From Auanema rhodensis (Eukaryota; Animalia; Nematoda), in the NCBI GenBank assembly GCA_964057225.1, contig OZ059895.1, positions 13,640,001 through 13,704,000 of the forward strand: DNA of 64,000 bases. The letters are read 5' to 3'. Under the pieces are notes generated by a model that was given only the letters and a program-made list of their open reading frames with translations, did not search any database and was not told the DNA's origin. A program made the position numbers and the translations under genes. Within the stretch, counting starts at the first letter, position 1. The number at the start of each line of letters is the position of its first letter. Shown one piece after another: positions 13,138-24,633 of this stretch.

Positions 13138-14501
13138 ATGGTTAAGTTAACGGAATCAACCGTTTACATAAGAACAAAAACATCCGTCGAAGCTGTTAAA
13201 AGATTAAATCTTTGGTAAGTTATCCATTTTGAATATACATATATTTCATTTCTCTCATCTATAACTAATTGAAATCTGATTTGGATGATATTTTAGGGGT
13301 TGTGACATTGATGATATTTCGATTTGTTCTCGCATGGTTTCTTTAGAAGTATTATCACTTAGGTTGTCTTTATTATAAACTACATTTTCTTCTCATCCAT
13401 GGTTTTCAGTGTTAATAGGGTTGAATCATTGGAGCCATTGAAATATTGTAGCAAGCTTACTGAGCTTTATCTGAGAAAAAATAATATTAATTCCTTATCA
13501 GAACTAGATTATCTAAAGGTTTGTAATCGGCATAACCATCAGTGACATCAACGTTTAAGAATCTGCAAAATTTGCGGGTCTTATGGATGGATGAAAATCC
13601 ATGTGCCCAAATCCATGGATATAGAAATAAGGTTCTTAAGTTACTGCCACAGCTAACAAAATTAGATGATAAAGGTATATACAGTGTTTTATTTTTAATT
13701 CATAACCATTTGCAGCAATTCATTCACACGAAGATTCAGAAAATAGTAAATATGACAATAGTGCAAGTGACAACAATTCCTCGGAAAATGAGCAAACGCA
13801 GAATTTGCAACCCAACTATATTTCATCTTCCTGTTCACAATCTATTTCTGCCAGAAATGAGATATCAACAACAAAATCTCTATATGGTATTATTTGAGAA
13901 AATGTATATTATCATTTAGTATGTTCAGGTGGAGCCATAGTTGATACAGTAATGCAACCGCAATTAGTTCACTACGGCGATAATACTTCGGATGATGATC
14001 GATTTTCAACACGAGAATTACTTCAGTCTAAAATGTCTTCAAGAACTAATCTTATGACACAGTCTGTGTATGGCGCACTCCCTGAGGATGATTGGGGAGA
14101 CTTCAAGTTGGTCTTAGTTTATTCCTACCAAGGATTGAATGCTCATACATTAAAAATTTCAGTGTTGAAGACGATTTGATGCCTTTAACAATTGATTCCC
14201 TGACTCCCCGAATGTGCGCTAGCATGCACGAATCCTTGGATCGTAGCTGTTATCGTTCTCAAACAAATTCTTATGGTCGTAGTGTCAGCGTGCCAAGGCG
14301 TCGAATCCAATCTCGAAATCTTTCTACAAGTCCTGCTCGTGTAAAATAGTTAAAGTTTTTTCAATCAAATATTAAGATTTTTAGGAGCAACGATTATCTA
14401 AAATAATGTCAGCTGTCTCAGTTTTGTTAGATGAGTTAGATCAAGATGGTCTTCGTGCTGTAGTATGTGAAGCACAAAGTCGGATGAAAAAACAGAAATA
14501 A
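13138..14501 (+). CDS. CFAP410: Cilia- and flagella-associated LRR protein 410 (C21orf2 family)
   Basis: MVKLTE...LNLWGCDIDDISIC...LEVLSLSVN...LTELYLRKN...LRVLWMDENPC, and a C-terminal IMSAVSVLLDELDQDGL helix. Confidence 0.9.
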
Positions 14502-14876
14502 CCTATTTTTCTAGGATTAATCTTATACTAACGGCCCCTATTCTTGATTGGTTTTTATGTTTTGATTAAAGCTACTTTTAACAATTTGATCGGTTTAACT
14601 ATTTTCAATATATGTAAATCAAATATACTATAATAAATGTTTTAATTATTTTAATTTTATAATGCAGTTGATCACATAAATTACAGTCAAAGTCACAAAT
14701 TTAAATTATACGTTTATAAAAAAAAACAATATATTCAAGGTTATTTACCTCTCTGGCTCCGCCTACATTCTCAATCATTGAGCACTCTGTATTGCTAAAC
14801 TTGTTTGATGTCAAGTTGGTGTCGTCAGTATTAGAAGTCTTGTTTTGCAGACCATCTTCCATTAGTTGTCAGAGCT

Positions 14877-17308
14877 ATGACATATAACTTGCGAGTAATA
14901 ATTCTGTTTCTTATAGTGAGTTTTTTTCTACTCTTCAAGCATAATATTTGAATTATATATATTATATATTTAACTAATTTTTTCTATTTTAAAAATGCTC
15001 ACCTTTTCTTTCATTTTTTAAATCCAAGTTAAATACATTTCTTTATACTATTAAGATGTTCTTCTACCTGAAAGAGTTAGGAAAATGATCATTATTGATA
15101 AAGTTAAGATGATATGGAGAGTGTAGAGGACATCGTGATATATATAATCCTCAAAAATAAACATATTACTATGTATTCATATTATTCAACGTTTAAAATG
15201 ATCACAAAATAGATTTTTCTGGAGCTCATCCAAAATGTATTTTTCCTAATCCTGTACGCTCAGCAAGTACGGTATGTCCTTGGCATTTAAGAGCAGATTA
15301 ATATCTATAATTCGCAATAGCGTCCTTCTTCGTTAGGATAACCTTTGGCTCTTACATCCAAAGCTATAAACTCAAAAAATAGTTTATATTTCATTAGACA
15401 ACAAAGTAATTGCAAGCAACATAATTTTCCTTAAATAAAAACAACATTTCGAGTAGCAAGAGATTTTCAAATATTTTCAACCTTTAGATAAAACTTTTTA
15501 ATTTTTCAGATAAGATATGGATCCTCCAAAATTCTAGATAATCGTTTAATAGGTTTGATTCAATAATTGTGTTTCAAAATTAACAAAAAAGGTTTAGAAA
15601 ACCCTAAAGTTACCTGTGGCCCTAACGATCTTACTATTGAAGCTCATAGTGAGGATATTTTTGAAGGACAGGTAAACATCTGATTTATTTTTCAATACAT
15701 TCTTATTTATTAGGTTTATATTAAAAATCATAGACGATCATCTTCGGATTGTTATGCCACTTACTCGAAAGCAAACTATTCCAATACTCCCAAACTATCT
15801 CTACCTCTTAGTAGAATTTCAGCATGCGGTCTAGAAATGCAAAGAGATGTTAATATTGGAATAATATTAATCTTTTGAACATTCTGTTTTAGACAAGCTC
15901 TAAACGTTTACAGCTTTCTGCAGTTATTGTTTTTGCTTTCCATCCTTCGTTCATAACAGCAGGTGACCGAGCCTTTGCTGTTCAATGCTTGTTTCATCAA
16001 GGAGATTACCCTGTTTTTACCGCTTTCAATCTTACTGAGTAAATCAATTTTAATTCAATTAGATTGTAGAATCAATGATGTTTAAGGAATTTCCACTCAA
16101 TTCCAGTACAGGGATATGCTGAATATCCTACAGTTGAACTCAGTATTGTTAAAGGAAAAATGGCAGATTCTGTAAATGGTGAGTGGCTTCTTTAGTATCC
16201 ATAAAAATAATTTTTTGCTAGATTCTCCCACAGACATATCGATTGGTCAACCATTAATGTTGGTGTGGCATCTAACAAATGAATCAAGTAAGCAAATTAA
16301 CACTATTTCTATGAAAACTTATTTTTTTTAAAAGTTGGGAGTGAGTTTTAAAAAAATACTATTGTAATATTTCTGACCTTGGCGCATAGTCTTGTATAAA
16401 TAAAAGGAATGGCTAACAAGAAAGTTTTTGGAGTTTTTTATACATTTCCTTTTGTTTGCCAATATATAACTGCCTTGAACTCGATGTGTTAGACTTCTTC
16501 CATGCAATTAGTTGGAAGGAAACTTCCCGATATGTACATCCAATCTTATAATTTTCCAGTGGTGTATGGTATTCGGGTATTGTACTGTACAGCGCAGTCC
16601 AAATCTGGACTAAGTATGCAAATTTTAAACAACGATTGCTCTCAAGATTATGGTCTAGTATCTGATGTGCGGTTAGTTTTCCCATTAAAATATATATTTA
16701 TTAAATTTCATTTGCAGTTACTCCGATGAACACAATCGAGCTTTTGCGGATGTCACTGCTTTCAAATTCCCAGACCAAGCAGAACTAAAAATCCGATGCC
16801 ACACAAAGCTGTGCATAAAAAAGTAATTTTATTTATTGTTTATATACAGACTTATTAAATGAATTTAGATTCGATCATTTACAATTAGGTGGAGCTAATC
16901 AACAAGATTTATGCCAAAAAGCAGTGGTATGGTTTGAACTTTCGTTTTTTAAAGTTTAATATATATTAGACATGTGACGATAAAACCTCAAAAAGTAAAA
17001 GAAGCACACCGTGGCATTTGGATGATTCAACCATAGTCGTAGAAGGACAAGCGAGAAATTTGGATAAAAAGCATTACTTAAGTGCAAAATTAGATTTCAA
17101 TCAATGTGAATATTAATATTATTTCATCAATAATTTCATCTTTTTTCCAGTTTCTGAATCTGAAGACTGGACTGCTCATACCACATGCCTTGATTACTCA
17201 ATCTCAGCTTTGATATCAGGAATATCACTCTCTTTATATATTACAACAACAGTCGTCGTTTTCATATTTATTTGTGGAAAAATTAAATTAACCAAGTTTT
17301 ACTTATAA
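14877..17308 (+). CDS. Cuticlin-like ZP-domain protein
   Basis: Signal peptide MTYNLRVIILFLI|IRYGSS; PKVTCGP, VFAFHPSFITAGDRAFAVQC, AFKFPDQ; furin-like KSKRS site; C-terminal transmembrane segment. Confidence 0.85.
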
Positions 17309-17402
17309 TTGTGTTTTTCGTAAAAATGTTAACGGGTACTTTAAATTGAATAAACTTCGTCTTACTTTGCTTCAAAATTACAACTCTTTACAAGCCTTAA
17401 CA

Positions 17403-17416
17403 ATCTCCATGGAAAC
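17403..17416 (+). promoter_or_regulatory. X-box (RFX/DAF-19 site) upstream of the anoctamin gene
   Basis: ATCTCCATGGAAAC fits the 14-bp X-box consensus RTHNYYWTRRNRAC and starts 133 bp before the ATG at 17536. Confidence 0.6.
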
Positions 17417-17535
17417 TGATATCATTTCTTTGTTGGCTTCAAATTCCATATAATCGATTCCTCACATTTTGATGGAATAGTCCTAAATACTCCAATTTTA
17501 TTTAGCATTCAAGAAAACATCTGTTTTGAAGAGGA

Positions 17536-20500
17536 ATGGATGGTTCCACTCTACGATCAACGAAACAATTGGATTATCCTTATTTTCCATTTCGAATTCC
17601 GGTAGATTATGTTCTTGTATCTCGAATTGATAATTTAAGTAAACAGACGCTTAGAACATCATTTGAAAAAGTATTCAAAGAATGTATATATATGTAATGA
17701 AAATTTTTATTTTTTAGAGTTGTAAAAAAGAAGGACTTATTGTAAATCATGAGGTTACCGGAAAAATCTGTTTTACCCTCATTAGTGCACCTTTTCATAG
17801 ATTATGTAGAGAAAGTGAGAAAAGTCAGCTCTCATTTGCTTTAAAAGATGTATAACTCATAGGAATAATCCAAAGTTTTGTTTTTCCTTTTAGTGTGCCT
17901 TCAAACCTCAACGTCCCGCTTACTGTTCTTCTTTGTACAAACTGTTATTTGGGGATGAAACAGGTAATTTTACTATTAAATACACACTATAGTAAACTTT
18001 TTGTAGAATATTGTATTAGTATGCCGTTTCAACGTAAATTTTCTCATTTATTCCATAACTATACCAATGAGAAGCTTTTTTTTAATTCTGCCGACCGAGC
18101 TAAGCTTGTCCATCAGGTGAGCTGAAAACAATTTATGTTTTAGAAAAAACGTTATGATGTAGATACTAACCCGAATTGACATTAATCAATTCATAGAAGA
18201 GAAAAAGACAGAAAACAAACATTCTTCTTCCAGCATTGAAGAAGTTAAAGAAATAGGTATATATAAAACACGTTTCAATTTATTAAATTATAATTTTGAA
18301 CTCTCTAAATATTATTTTTAAAAATGAAATTTAGACGAAACTTTAAAACAGAGAGGATTGGAACATCTTCTCTTGGAAGATGTATATGAAGAAGCGTTTA
18401 TTCTTCACGAACCAAGCGAGGTATTTATTTTGACTTTTTAAAAATATTTTAAACTATTTTAGGTTGAACCTTACTTCAAACGTTTGAAAGAAGACTCTGT
18501 GTTGAGTTTCCTAGAAGCAATAAGCGAAATAGACGACGATCCACGAAAACAAATCAGTGACACTTGGTCAAAGTATTTTAATTTACTTGTTTTCTTCTAT
18601 TATTTCATTTTCAGGTTCTACAAGCCTCAACCGTTAGATAAGATCCGAGATTATTTTGGTGAAGAAATAGCATTTTACTTTGCCTGGCATGGAACATTTA
18701 TAACTTTGTTATGGCCAGCAGTAGTACTTGGTTTAATTGCGGTTACATATGGAATGATTAAAAAGTAAATTTTAAACATGTTCTTGTGAAATATTATTTG
18801 GTTTACAGTATAAAAGAAGAACCTTTAATTATTGCTAATTGTACCAGTACAAAGTATCTAGATGTTAACAGTATGATAACCTGCCCACAATATGACAGGT
18901 ACAAAATCATATTTAATATTTAATTCTTGCGTTTCAGCAGTCAACGATTATTTTCAAAAATCTGGAGATGGTTTATGATGTCTTTTGATAATGAGTTCAA
19001 TGCTTTTTATGCAGCTTTTGTTTCAATTTGGGGTTGTTTTCTACTATATTTCTTACCTAATAGTCTCCTTTTAGGTTCTTTTTTCTATCAAATTTGGAAA
19101 AGAAATAATTCAGTTTTATCTTTTCGGTGGAATACCGAAGACTTTCAAAATTATGAGTCAGATAGACCTGAATATGTTGGACATGTATTAAGAGAAGTAA
19201 AATATTTTTTTTAAAATGTCGTTATTTATATATTTTTGAGGATGTAATAACAAGAGAATCTGAATGGATAACGCCAACAATAATAATTTTTTTTAAAGTA
19301 AGGAAAATAAAAATAAAACGAAAGATTCATTAAATACTAATTTCAGATGATTATATCATATATAGTTGTTGGACTATGCATGTTGATTGTTGTTATTAGC
19401 GTTTTTTGTGTTATAGTTTTCAAAATGTGGGCTATACATACATTTGGCTGCGACCGATCAGTACGAACTTATTTTTATTAAGAAATTTAATGATTTATTA
19501 TTCAAATAATTCTTAGTATTTTAGTTTACTTGGCAATGCAGTATTGTAACAACAATTATTCCTTCCGTATTAAATACAAGCTCGACAATGCTTCTAAGTT
19601 GGGTTTATGGTCAAGTTGTTATAATGCTAAATGACTGGGGTAACATCTGAATTTATGTTTAATAACTTTGAAATTTTTTTAGAAAATCATAGAACCAATT
19701 CTGAGCATCATAACGCGTTAATTATCAAAATATTTGCATTTCAAATGATTAATAATTATACTTCTTTATTTTACATAGCGTTTATTAGGCCTGAGAGTAA
19801 TTTAAGTTTTAAAGCTGAGAAAATGGTTTAGTAATGGAAATACGTTTTCAGGGATTTCAAAGCAATGGTCTATTCGGGTTAGGAACTCACTATAAGGATA
19901 CTTGCTTGGAAACTACATGCTCTATGTCCTTAGCTGTGCAATTAATAACAAATTTACTTCTGAAACCTGTACCAAAATTCATCCAGGATATCATTATTCC
20001 GTATGATAGTACATTCAATACAAATATTATCTTATCTATATCTTTTTCAGATTTATAGTTTTGCTTTATAAAAAAGCCAAGATGAAGCAAACGAAAGTTT
20101 CTGATAACGTACCTCAGACTGATGAAACGAATGTTTTATCAAGAGAATGGGTGAAACCTGACGCCGGTCAATTTACCTTATGGGAATTTAATGAAAAGAT
20201 AATTTTATTAGGAACAACTATGGTATTTGAAAGAACTTATCACAAATATTTTTACTTGTTTTAGATGTTTGCTGCGCTTTTTCCCTTGGCTCCTTTGATA
20301 TCTTTAGTAATAGGAATTGTAGATTTACGAATTGACGCTCATAGGTTACTCTGGTTTAATCGACGACCTATTCCTCAGTTTGCAAACGGTATTGTTTTCA
20401 ACAAAAATTCGTCACATATATATCATATAATCAATGAAAATACGGGGGTAACTCCGTTCCGTTACACCCGGGAATTTAGAGAACCAAATGTTGTAAATAA

Positions 20501-21296
20501 TTTGTTCTAAAGTTAATGATTTTTTCATGGTTCAGTTTGGAAAGACCCAGTTTTTTCTTAATTGTGGTTCTCTTACCCCCCTAAGAGTAAAAGTTTATAT
20601 CCGATCAATTTACGGATATTTGGATCAACTCATGCTTTTAGCTTAAAAAACTTCATAAGTGAAATTTACTTTAATCTGATATATAATTACATATATAGTA
20701 TATATATATATATATATATATACATTTTACATTATGAACAGGAATTGGGATATGGCTACCAATCTTGTCCTTCTTACAATATGCAGCAGTGTTAACAAAC
20801 GCTTTTATAGGTGTCTTTTCAAAATAATATTTTTTATATAAATATATATTACAGTTGCATTTACTTCTGATTTCTGTATAAATTTTTATAGTCAAGAGAA
20901 ATGTACTATCAAGGATCGTTTGGTTATAGTAATTGTTTTTCAAGTATGCATGGAATAGTCACCGTGATTATTTTACTATTTCAGAATATGGTATTTATAC
21001 TAAAATACGTAATGCAAAGCTTAATTCCAGATGTTCCTAGTTATATCAAAGTCATTAAACGAAAGGTATTTTCAATCTTATGTAGCAATACATACATGTA
21101 CACATGCGCTTTAGAGGAGATGCATTCTATATCATGTAATTGAAAAAGGAGATTTGCCACATAAGCTGAAACAACGGTTGGCATATAGCATGTTTATTTT
21201 TCCTAATGTACTAGAATTATCAGTAAACGTGCTAGAAAAGCAAAAATTGCTTGGATTGCATCTCGAGTAAAAGGAACAGCTACAACATCTTTATGA
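17536..21296 (+). CDS. anoh-1-like: Anoctamin/TMEM16 protein, full-length copy
   Basis: LDYPYFPFRIPVDYVLV, QPLDKIRDYFGEEIAFYFAW, ENHRT, FQMINNYTSLFYIAF, FAALFPLAPL, LRIDA, GIWLPIL; stop at 21294-21296. Confidence 0.92.
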
Positions 21297-21398
21297 TCAA
21301 TGTTTTAACCCCTAAAAATAAAGCTCAGGTTAGAACTAAAAGAATTTTACAAATATCGAAAATATATTTTACATTGAATTATTTTGTTACAGATTTTC
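19437..21398. repeat. 1,962-bp host segment, copy A (anoctamin 3' half, 3' UTR region and last lipase codons)
   Basis: Recurs at 25193-28670 (with a 1516-bp insertion) and at 32465-34426; ORF offsets are 5756, 7272 and 13028. Confidence 0.95.
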
Positions 21399-21995
21399 AG
21401 TAGTATACAAAAAGTTGACGCTGGCGCACCTGTTTGCCCAAATGCGATTTTTGCAGATTTTCAACATTTTTTCATCACTATTTTAATGCACAAAATCCAT
21501 AACCCATAACCGATTACAACAACTCGGAGATCAGTTAATTTATTCAATTCATAAGTCTTAATACTTCGAAAATGTGTCATTTTAAACAATTTTCAATAAT
21601 GGTAAAAAGGTCGAAATGTGCTACCATAAAAATGTGGCCGAAATGGATGGTCGAAATATTGCGCTAACAATTTTGAATAAAAATTGTTCCCGTATGATCC
21701 TTGACTCAATGTGAGATATTCTAAAATTACAACGTTAATCAAAACATTAAAGAATTTAAGCAAATTTATTCTCGAAGAGTATTCCAAACATAAACCATCA
21801 ATAATCAAATCATCATCATCATATCACAACAGATTCCTAGGACACAAAAAATCGCACTCAATGTCTAAGTCACCCAAATACTCAATATACAAAATGAGCA
21901 CAAAATTTTTTATCATAAAGCCAATTTTAAACATAATTCAGCTCTTGCAAACACTAAAGTTTTAACGCAGAGTTCATCCATTCCAAGTGGTGCGA

Positions 21996-23207
21996 TCATT
22001 CATTCCAATCGACATCTTCTTCCGGCGGTAAAAATTCCTAAAGTCATTGATTAATTCAATGATGTTGCATTAAGTAAAGCTTACCACAATATTCGCATGA
22101 ATGTTTGTGATCGGAATAATTCTACATCGTCCACCCGATGCCGGAGATGCCGGTCGACCATTATTGTCCGTTGTATGATGAACCTTTTCAGTCTCAACCT
22201 TCATCCCAATCAACCTTCCATCATCGCTCCAACAACTTCCACCGCTGTCGCCTTTAAAAGAGCCACTCGAGCCCAGAAAACGCAGCTTTGATGTCATATC
22301 ACTAGAAATAATTCCCGCGGAGAATGAGATGTGTGAAGTTCTTCCATGCATAACCGAATAGCCCATCTGAAATCATTTTCAGTGTAGATAATAATCAAAA
22401 TTCATAAGTTGTAAGTGAAATACTTAATTAAACTTACCAAAACGTATTTCATTCCTCTCTTCGGCTCAACTGCTTCCATAATCAAATCTCTATCGCAGAG
22501 TTCGGCAGATTTAGATTGAAGCACAATTAGATCGAGAGCGTCATTAACCAGTACTACGCAAGTATCAACAACAACTTGCAGGTTTTGATATGACAAAAGT
22601 TTAATAGAATCGCCTTTTACAAAACTCTTGTTTTCTCCATGACGGTAAGTAATTGCCAAATTTTTCGTCACTGGGATAGCCGATCTCTTCATATTGTCTC
22701 CTTTCGTGTAATACCAAGCATATTGGCATATTCGAGAAACCACATCTCCATCCACAGGTAGCGGTTCCAACTCTGGATCAATCCTTTGTCGCTTTCTAGA
22801 TGTAGATTCTAAAACAAAAATTAAATATGCTCAATGAATATCAAACCCTCAACGTCAGCAGGAGTTGATGGTCTTGAAGGAGTTTTATCCGATTCCACAC
22901 TGAACTTCATATTTGGAAAGTCCTCCGGTAGTATAAACGCCGAACCATTTTCATTCATTCTAAATTAATTGAAATACAATCAGAATCAATTAAACTTGAA
23001 TTAAATCTGATAAAACGTTTTTATAATCAGAAATAATATGACTTACTGGCAAAATATATGATCGTCATCTAATCGATAAGACAGCGAAATAACCTCCTCA
23101 TCACCAAGCAAGAAGGCGGATTTGATTGAGCTCTTGTTAATCGTATTACCCGTCAAAGAAAATCTCACGTCCTTGGCGAACATCTTAATTTTGATTATTT
23201 TCACCAT
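21996..23207 (-). CDS. Cargo trypsin/chymotrypsin-like serine protease, 5 exons, 322 aa, no signal peptide
   Basis: Exons 23207-23047, 22959-22847, 22808-22438, 22366-22085 and 22037-21996 join in frame through GT-AG introns. Triad candidates are LAITYRH, DLIVL and FKGDSGG. A TTTTCAG acceptor lies at 23251-23257. Confidence 0.85.
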
Positions 23208-23557
23208 TTTTTCATAATTATGAGCTTGATCCTTATTGATCCCAATGAATCTGAAAACAAAGAATTAATTGGAAACTAATGTAAGAACATCATGCACTAT
23301 GTAAATATCCAATTCAATTCGAGAGAGAGAGAGGGAAAGTAGGAAAAGTTGTCAAATTACTAAAATTTAAGGAGAAAATAACAATGACACGGATGGGAAA
23401 ACACGCACAACGTGAACTACTAAAGAAAAGAAAGTCTCTTTTTTATTCACAAAAGTTAATGGAAGATTTGGCAGTTTTTCGCTTTTCTCTGTGTCTCTGC
23501 TCACAAAAGCGTCTCTGCCTTCCACTCTAGCCCAACGCGCGATTGTGCTTGGTCAGT

Positions 23558-23731
23558 GATCTTACAGATTGACCACTCTCTAGATCTTACAGGAGGAAGA
23601 GAAAAAAAAGGTCACACAAAGAGAAAGAGAAGTTGCCAGGGCAAATTGAGTTGACAAACAAATTGAGAAAAAATTGACATCATAAATTGAGAGAACTGAT
23701 GAAAAAGGGAGAGTGGTCAATCTGTAAGATC
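23558..23731. repeat. Perfect 23-bp inverted repeat upstream of the cargo protease (also at +7272)
   Basis: GATCTTACAGATTGACCACTCTC at 23558-23580 and its reverse complement at 23709-23731. Confidence 0.85.
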
Positions 23732-24049
23732 TATAACCGTTCCATTATGCTCCTACGTATATTGAACAGACCATTGTAGTCTGCTCAACTACGCGTATAG
23801 TATTCCATAAGTGTAGCGATATGGAAACAGAGCATAAGGATTACATAAGATAAGGAAATATAGGTTTATTATACACAATACAATATCATTACAATACAAT
23901 AACACAAGGATAAAGTAAACTACATTTACAAGACAAAGACTAATATATAAGATTAACTAAGTTAGATACAAACCGTCCATGGGCTTGCAAAGGGGCGAAC
24001 TCCCGAAGAGGGGCATGAGGGAAGGCGGTGCCATTCCTCATTCCTCTAG
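23730..24049 (+). mobile_element. Possible short non-autonomous Helitron nested in the Maverick-like element (also 31002-31321)
   Basis: Starts A|TCTATA; ends with the hairpin ATGAGGGAAGGCGGTGCCATTCCTCAT followed by CTAG|T. Confidence 0.4.
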
Positions 24050-24319
24050 TCGGTCTGGCTCTAACCCTGCAGTTACATATATAGAGTCTCCGAATGGAAC
24101 GTAACTCCACGAGTTTGGTCACAGCTAAACCTTCTCGAAGGTGTTGGCAAACAGGTATGAAAGAACGAAGTGTATCATTTAAGAACGATTTACGTCGCAG
24201 AATTTCTTCAGTTTTTGTATTGTTATTTCATTTTCAAGATGTTTTTCAAGCAAAGTTCAATATTTTCTTCTAAGATGGGGATGCTTTTTGTGTCAAGAAA
24301 TCTCTACAAAAGCATTAAA

Positions 24320-24633
24320 AAGAGATAAAGAATCCCAAACTTTCAAGAACACAAAAATTTGGTGATGAGTCTAAAAAAAGTAAAGGAATAAAGAATAATG
24401 TGGTCAAGAATGAACTCAGTGTAGATGATTTAAAAAATTGTTTGTTTGATAAAACTATTGTCAGAAAGACACAGTATTGTATCAGGAGTGTTAAACATCA
24501 AATATGCACACAATGTCAAAATAAAGTTGCTCTGAATAATGAATCTGGGGATCATAAACGTTACATTCTCAAAGATAGTCATTCAACTATGGCTTTTGGT
24601 AATTGTCATATTAAACCAGAGGAAGAAGTTTGA
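24320..24633 (+). pseudogene. C-terminal fragment of protein-primed DNA polymerase B (Maverick type)
   Basis: KKSKGIKNNVVKNELSVDDLKNCLF...IRSVKHQICT...KVALN...DHKRYILKD...TMAFGN resembles the pPolB C-terminus; an in-frame stop lies upstream and there are no catalytic motifs. Confidence 0.8.

Noticed and set aside
20388-20740. Longer anoctamin intron with a small GC hairpin and a (TA)n tract, as a possible transposon relic
   Set aside because: No definable termini or TSD; it is repeated only as part of the segmental duplication.
21593-21965. Short ORFs near the element's left end as a candidate antidote gene
   Set aside because: Low-complexity AT-rich frames with no convincing exon structure; the region more likely holds the protease 3' UTR and subterminal sequence. 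It cannot be excluded without RNA data.
23696-23740. CTGATGA as a possible hammerhead ribozyme core
   Set aside because: I could not find a stem II followed by GAAA and a matching stem III.
23940-24122. 60-aa minus-strand ORF inside the element
   Set aside because: It overlaps the GC-rich hairpin region and shows no protein-family features.
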